Positions 27,440-31,317 of a stretch of DNA of 31,317 nt are shown here, one piece after another. Source of the stretch: Lachnospiraceae bacterium MD308 (GTDB lineage: Bacteria > Bacillota > Clostridia > Lachnospirales > Lachnospiraceae); the NCBI GenBank assembly GCA_010206225.2, contig VIQU02000005.1, forward strand, positions 99,027 through 130,343, read 5' to 3'. Each line of letters begins with the position of its first letter. Position 1 is the stretch's first letter. The notes beneath the pieces were generated by a model, which was given only the letters and a program-made list of their open reading frames with translations, did not search any database and was not told where the DNA came from. The position numbers and the translations under genes are program-made.

Positions 27440-28231
27440 ATGGAAGATTTTTTGTTACTTGAGATACCCGTATTTCAACCGCATTATAAAAAATGGAAAA
27501 AATATGGTTATGCAAATTCAATAGAAAGAAATAATTTAAAGGACACTTTGGAAGAAAGTACAGGTGGATATTGCATGTATTGTTATACACGGATTCGCGT
27601 AGATGGAAAACTATATGCTAATTTAGAACATGCAATTGAAAAAAGTAATTCAGATAAATTGATTGAATGTGTACCTAATATAGGGCTGTCTTGTCCGGTT
27701 TGTAACCAGACATTTAAACGTATTGGAGAAAAAAGGAGAAAAATACCCAAAAACGATATTACTCAATATGAGGAATCCAGTAAATGTTCAACAAGCTGCC
27801 GTAAACAATGTACCGTTCCTTGTAAATCATTAAGGAAATTACAAAAGAAGTACAGTAGTCTTACTGATGCGGAAATTATATTACAGCCTATAGGTATTCA
27901 AGGTACGGATTCAAATGAAACACTAGTTTTACAGTATAATGTTATGAATATGGAATTTGAACCCGCCAAAGATTCACATACATATTCTGATAGGGAACTT
28001 CGATTTATAGAAGCGCACATAAAAAGATTTCGATTAAACGACCCTCCATTCCGTACTCGGCAATTATTTGATTTTGTAAAAAATGTTATAGATAATAATG
28101 GGAACCTCCCTGAATACGAGTACAATAATTTAATCGTAAAGTTATTTTGTGAGAAACTGGCGAACAAATCATCAGAAGAAATACTCAAGATTTGTAAAAG
28201 TATCTTTATTATTACATTTGCTAAAATGTAG
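27440..28231 (+). CDS. HNH zinc-finger endonuclease (PtuB/TIGR02646-like) with extra Cx3Cx3Cx3C cluster and long C-terminal extension
   Basis: C45-x2-C48 ... E63-H64 ... N80 ... C85-x2-C88-N (nt 27572-27706). It starts 7 nt after the ATPase stop. Confidence 0.75.
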   Translation: MEDFLLLEIPVFQPHYKKWKKYGYANSIERNNLKDTLEESTGGYCMYCYTRIRVDGKLYANLEHAIEKSNSDKLIECVPNIGLSCPVCNQTFKRIGEKRRKIPKNDITQYEESSKCSTSCRKQCTVPCKSLRKLQKKYSSLTDAEIILQPIGIQGTDSNETLVLQYNVMNMEFEPAKDSHTYSDRELRFIEAHIKRFRLNDPPFRTRQLFDFVKNVIDNNGNLPEYEYNNLIVKLFCEKLANKSSEEILKICKSIFIITFAKM

Positions 28232-28367
28232 AGAGTGATTTCACAAGGATAGTCAACTATAAATTATCTTTAAATTTAAAGATAAACTGGAAAGTTTTCT
28301 TGAATCGACAAACAATTCCACGGTTCAAAAAAATATTTAAAAAATTCGTGTCACTACCTTGACACAA

Positions 28368-28460
28368 GGGGGATTGAAGGCGATGGAGGAATTGGAGAAG
28401 CTGGAGGAGCACAGGAGGGCCGGGCGGCTTCACGGACCAGTGAGGAAGGGGAGGATATAA
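28368..28460 (+). pseudogene. Diverged spmA fragment with internal deletion (mid-gene segment fused to the last codons)
   Basis: Translation MEELEKLEEHRRAGRLHGPVRKGRI* compares with spmA AMEELGKLEEDRRKGRLPEPVRK...GKWRI*. Nucleotide similarity to 24944-25020 is roughly 70-75% by eye. Confidence 0.65.
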
Positions 28461-28609
28461 TGTCTTCCGCTTTCGTATTATTCAAGAATAGACGAAAAAG
28501 TGTTTTGAAAGTATATTGAGAGGAACTGATTTTTAGGCACCTAACAACGAAATTTTGCGTATTTTGGCAAAATTTAGGTTCCGGTTTATCCGGGTTAGGG
28601 TATACTAAG
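28450..28609. repeat. Right copy of the island-flanking direct repeat, interrupted by a 62-nt insertion
   Basis: See 25219-25316. The insertion occupies 28538-28599. Confidence 0.85.
28538..28599. mobile_element. 57-bp insertion plus 5-bp TTAGG duplication (miniature element or indel) inside the right repeat
   Basis: The left copy reads gatttTTAGGgtatac. The right copy reads gatttTTAGG[cacctaac...tatccggg]TTAGGgtatac. Internal hairpins are aaattttgc/gcaaaattt and ccgg/ccgg. Confidence 0.45.
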
Positions 28610-28649
28610 AAAAGGAATATAGCTTAAGTAAGAAAGGTGGTAATTAGAC

Positions 28650-28882
28650 ATGTCAATTTTACAAAGACAAGTAATTCAATCCCTCGATGGCTTGTCGGAA
28701 TGGTAATTTACGCTTTTTACTTGAAATGATACAGCATTTTATGAAGCCTTCCGAAAACAAAGAAGAAAATGTTTACGGGCTGGCTATGAATAAAAAGATA
28801 GTTTCGAAGAATTGGCAGTTTAGAAGGCCAGGATCTTATTGATGCAGATTATGATATAGATGAGTGCAATGTGATTCACTAA
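28650..28882 (+). pseudogene. Frameshifted small gene (antitoxin-like, possibly DUF2281-type)
   Basis: aaaggtgg RBS with ATG at 28650. MSILQRQVIQSLDGLSE is followed by a stop; a +1 frame gives NLRFLLEMIQHFMKPSENKEENVYGLAMNKKIVS; a further +1 frame gives RIGSLEGQDLIDADYDIDECNVIH*. Two frameshifts are needed for a continuous product. Confidence 0.4.
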
Positions 28883-28978
28883 TTCCATATTATGAAGAAG
28901 AATTTATTATATCGGTTTAATGTATTAGATTTTACATAGGAGAACATGGCAGAAAGATTGTGAGGTGCTTTGATTAAC

Positions 28979-29296
28979 ATGAACAGATTTTCTGAGAGAG
29001 ACTGGAAATTATTTCGGCGTAAGATTGTTGATTGGCAAGAAGCATATATGGACAAGCTGAATAAAGAATATATTGAAATTCTTAGCGGGGAAGGAGATCC
29101 ATCAGATAAGTTTTGGAAACTAGAGGAACGGATTAAGACAGACAAAAAAGCTTGTGGTGTACAATGTGAGATGAGCAGATCGAATCAATTTTATATTATG
29201 ATGTCATTGTTGAACGATGGTGCAATCACGATGGATGATCTGAATGATTTTAGTGATGATTTGAAAGATACGATAGGGCATTTCGCTAAAATGTAA
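28979..29296 (+). CDS. Hypothetical protein (105 aa)
   Basis: ATG 28979 lies 10 nt after gaggtg. The sequence MNRFSERDWKLFRRKIVDWQEAYMDKLNKEY... is non-repetitive. I recognise no family. Confidence 0.5.
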   Translation: MNRFSERDWKLFRRKIVDWQEAYMDKLNKEYIEILSGEGDPSDKFWKLEERIKTDKKACGVQCEMSRSNQFYIMMSLLNDGAITMDDLNDFSDDLKDTIGHFAKM

Positions 29297-29365
29297 AAGA
29301 TGTATCACAGTTAAAACATATCTGAAAAGGATAAGGAATTTTTTAGTCTTAGCTTGACACAACCG

Positions 29366-29406
29366 TACCGGAGCCAGTATGGCAGTGTGAACCCGGCGGC
29401 AGTCGT
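29366..29406 (+). pseudogene. Second diverged spmA fragment (YRSQYGSVNPAAVV), cut by the IS66-family end
   Basis: taccggagccagtatggcagtgtgaacccggcggcagtcgtg compares with spmA 25096-25137 taccggagccagtacgggagcgtgaacccggcggcaatcgtg. Confidence 0.65.
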
Positions 29407-29456
29407 GTAAGTAGGTAATCATCCGTACCTTGACAAAATAAGAAATCCTCTGGCAC

Positions 29457-30016
29457 TTACCAGAGGAAGAACTGTCTCTTACTTTTTTAGTTTGCTGTGA
29501 CAATCAGCCGGCAGACTGGCGGACCAGGGGAGAAGTTCCAGCATGGCTCCCTTTTCTGGAAAAGGACCAAGATCTTTCATCCTTTCCATCACATAGGTGA
29601 GATAATTGTACGGTTTCTTCCCGTTCAGCATAGCTGTTTCTGTAATGCTGTACACTGTTGCGCTGGCCTGCGCTCCGCGGATACTCTTTGCAAAAAGCCA
29701 GTTCCTTCTCCCGGTCGCAAAGTTTTTCAACGCCCGTTACCAGAGGAAGAACTGTCTCTTACTTTTTTAGTTTGCTGTGACAATCAGCCGGCAGACTGGC
29801 GGACCAGGGGAGAAGTTCCAGCATGGCTCCCTTTTCTGGAAAAGGACCAAGATCTTTCATCCTTTCCATCACATAGGTGAGATAATTGTACGGTTTCTTC
29901 CCGTTCAGCATAGCTGTTTCTGTAATGCTGTACACTGTTGCGCTGGCCTGCGCTCCGCGGATACTCTTTGCAAAAAGCCAGTTCCTTCTCCCGGTCGCAA
30001 AGTTTTTCAACGCCCG
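29457..30016. repeat. Perfect 2 x 280 bp tandem duplication of the transposase 3' end plus half of its terminator hairpin
   Basis: 29457-29736 equals 29737-30016 with no mismatches. It creates a second copy of the last 83 codons (ORF 29479-29730). Confidence 0.9.
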
Positions 30017-31317
30017 TTCTGCCGCCAGATTATCGATATTTAAGCGGCCGTCCTCCAGATATCTCTTCAGATAAACTTCCTGGTTCAAAGCGTACAGGAC
30101 AGCCTCTCCGATCATCGAAGACCGGTCTACGGAATCCTCCGGTTTATGGAGCCACTCAAAGAAAGCCTCTAAAAGCGGTCTCGCCTGCTTTTGACGCTCT
30201 TTGTACCGTTCTTCCGGTGACTTGTCACGGATCATTTCTTCAATCTTATAGAGCATCCTGATCCGTGCCAGTGCCTGATATGCGGTTGTCTCCTTCAGCT
30301 CTTCTTTGGTGAAGTCCTTTTTCAGAACCGTCAGGGCTTCATCAAATCTGCGCCTCGCATGAGCCATGCAGCCTGTCGCAGCGATCCTTTCCGGAAGACT
30401 ATGGTATGCCTGATAACCATCACAGGTGAAATACCCCTCGAACTGATCTCCAAGGAATTCCACCGGATGGTATCCGGCCCGCGTCCTTTCATACTGAAAA
30501 AGGACCATCCGTGGTGAGCTTTCAGAACCGTCAGGGCTTCATCAAATCTGCGCCTCGCATGAGCCATGCAGCCTGTCGCAGCGATCCTTTCCGGAAGACT
30601 ATGGTATGCCTGATAACCATCACAGGTGAAATACCCCTCGAACTGATCTCCAAGGAATTCCACCGGATGGTATCCGGCCCGCGTCCTTTCATACTGAAAA
30701 AGGACCATCCGTGGTGAGCCGCTGTATTCGTCGGTGAGATAGACCCACATCCAGTTCTGGGTGGAACCCTTCTGGTCCGGCTCATCAATCACCTGAATTC
30801 TGGTTTCGTCCCCATGTAAATAGTTACTCCGGAGCAGTTCTTCCTTCATCAGATCGTAAAGCGGCTGCAGATACCGGCCGGCACACTGGATGATCCAGTT
30901 TGCCATGGTCTTTGTGGAAAGGTTCAGGTCATACCGGGCAAATTCCCTCTCCTGACGTGCAAGCGGCATCCCGTTTACATACTTGGCGTTCATGATGCCC
31001 GCCACCAGGGATGGGGTTGTCACACTGCCTTTCAGAAGGGACGGCGCTTTTTCCGGACGTTTCATGCCCCCGCATTTCGGGCAGTTGTATACGCAGGTAA
31101 CTTCCTCCACGACTTCAAACCGCGCGGGGATGAATTTCAGACGCTTTACGCTTTCCTTTGTGACAACCTTATATTTCGTATTGCAGTCCGGGCAGTAACG
31201 GTCGTCCCCCGTCAACTTGTATTCGATCACTTCGGTTGTCTCAAAGGAGGAAAGGTCTTCTTCTTTTTTGCCAGAACGTTTTTTCCTCTTATAAGAAGAT
31301 GGATGGACCTCTTCCAG
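29759..31317 (-). pseudogene. IS66-family transposase (TnpC), frameshifted by a 200-bp internal tandem duplication; N-terminus off the window
   Basis: The open frame continues to the window edge (LEEVHPSSYKRKKRSGKKEEDLSSFETTEVIEYKLTGDDRYCPDCN...). It has a zinc-finger CPDC...CPKCG and a DDE region (HGDETRIQV...). The frame is lost at 30520/30519 and resumes in ORF 29759-30508. Confidence 0.85.
30320..30719. repeat. Perfect 2 x 200 bp tandem duplication inside the transposase gene
   Basis: 30320-30519 equals 30520-30719. I found no mismatches on base-by-base comparison. Confidence 0.9.

Larger units (their letters stand above)
29407..31317 (-). mobile_element. IS66-family insertion sequence (partial; continues past the right edge)
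   Basis: Transposase homology runs throughout. Similarity to spmA stops at 29406/29407, where the sequence begins GTAAG, the terminal bases usually reported for IS66-family inverted repeats. Confidence 0.7.

Noticed and set aside
29204-29503. 99-aa minus-strand ORF, and small ORFs 29479-29730, 30531-30788, 30511-30717 and 29497-30261
   Set aside because: The first is antisense to the 105-aa ORF and the spmA fragment. The others are by-products of the tandem duplications or reverse frames of the transposase gene.
29457-30719. Possibility that the IS66 repeats are a diversity-generating retroelement template/variable repeat pair or a phase-variation switch
   Set aside because: The copies are identical, with no adenine-specific differences. 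They are directly tandem, in the same orientation and inside a transposase gene. No reverse transcriptase or invertase is present.

Overview
This is a chromosomal window from a low-GC Gram-positive anaerobe. The gene content looks Clostridia-like: spmA/spmB, T-box-controlled metG, meso-DAP dehydrogenase, lrgAB and a fructose-PTS operon. The exact taxon cannot be determined from the sequence alone. There are three zones. (1) 1-8250: rsmA (edge), a DUF4230 gene and a NitT/TauT-type ABC operon. The ATPase gene of that operon is cut at its LSGG signature by a ~4.8 kb AT-rich fragment of a conjugative-transposon-like element (HTH, OmpR-type regulator, histidine kinase, ABC-2 exporter, truncated sigma-like/HTH pair). 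The other end of the fragment is fused into a truncated trans-sulfuration (metC-like) gene. (2) 8500-25230: ordinary core genes, namely lrgAB, fruK-fruA-ptsH-ptsI-fruR, tatD, ddh, metG with a T-box leader, DUF885, spmB, a MATE exporter and spmA. (3) 25230-31317: an accessory hotspot at the 3' end of spmA. It holds a visibly AT-rich three-gene operon (stand-alone DUF262/GmrS-like protein, short ABC-like P-loop ATPase, HNH zinc-finger nuclease) bracketed by duplicated spmA-3' sequence. After it come degenerate small genes, a second diverged spmA fragment, and an IS66-family element whose transposase gene carries two perfect tandem duplications (200 bp and 280 bp). The DUF262-ATPase-HNH operon is the best candidate for an undescribed defence system. 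It looks like a Septu-type (PtuA/PtuB-like) pair joined to a GmrS-like module that lacks its own nuclease. I saw no rRNA, tRNA or CRISPR array.
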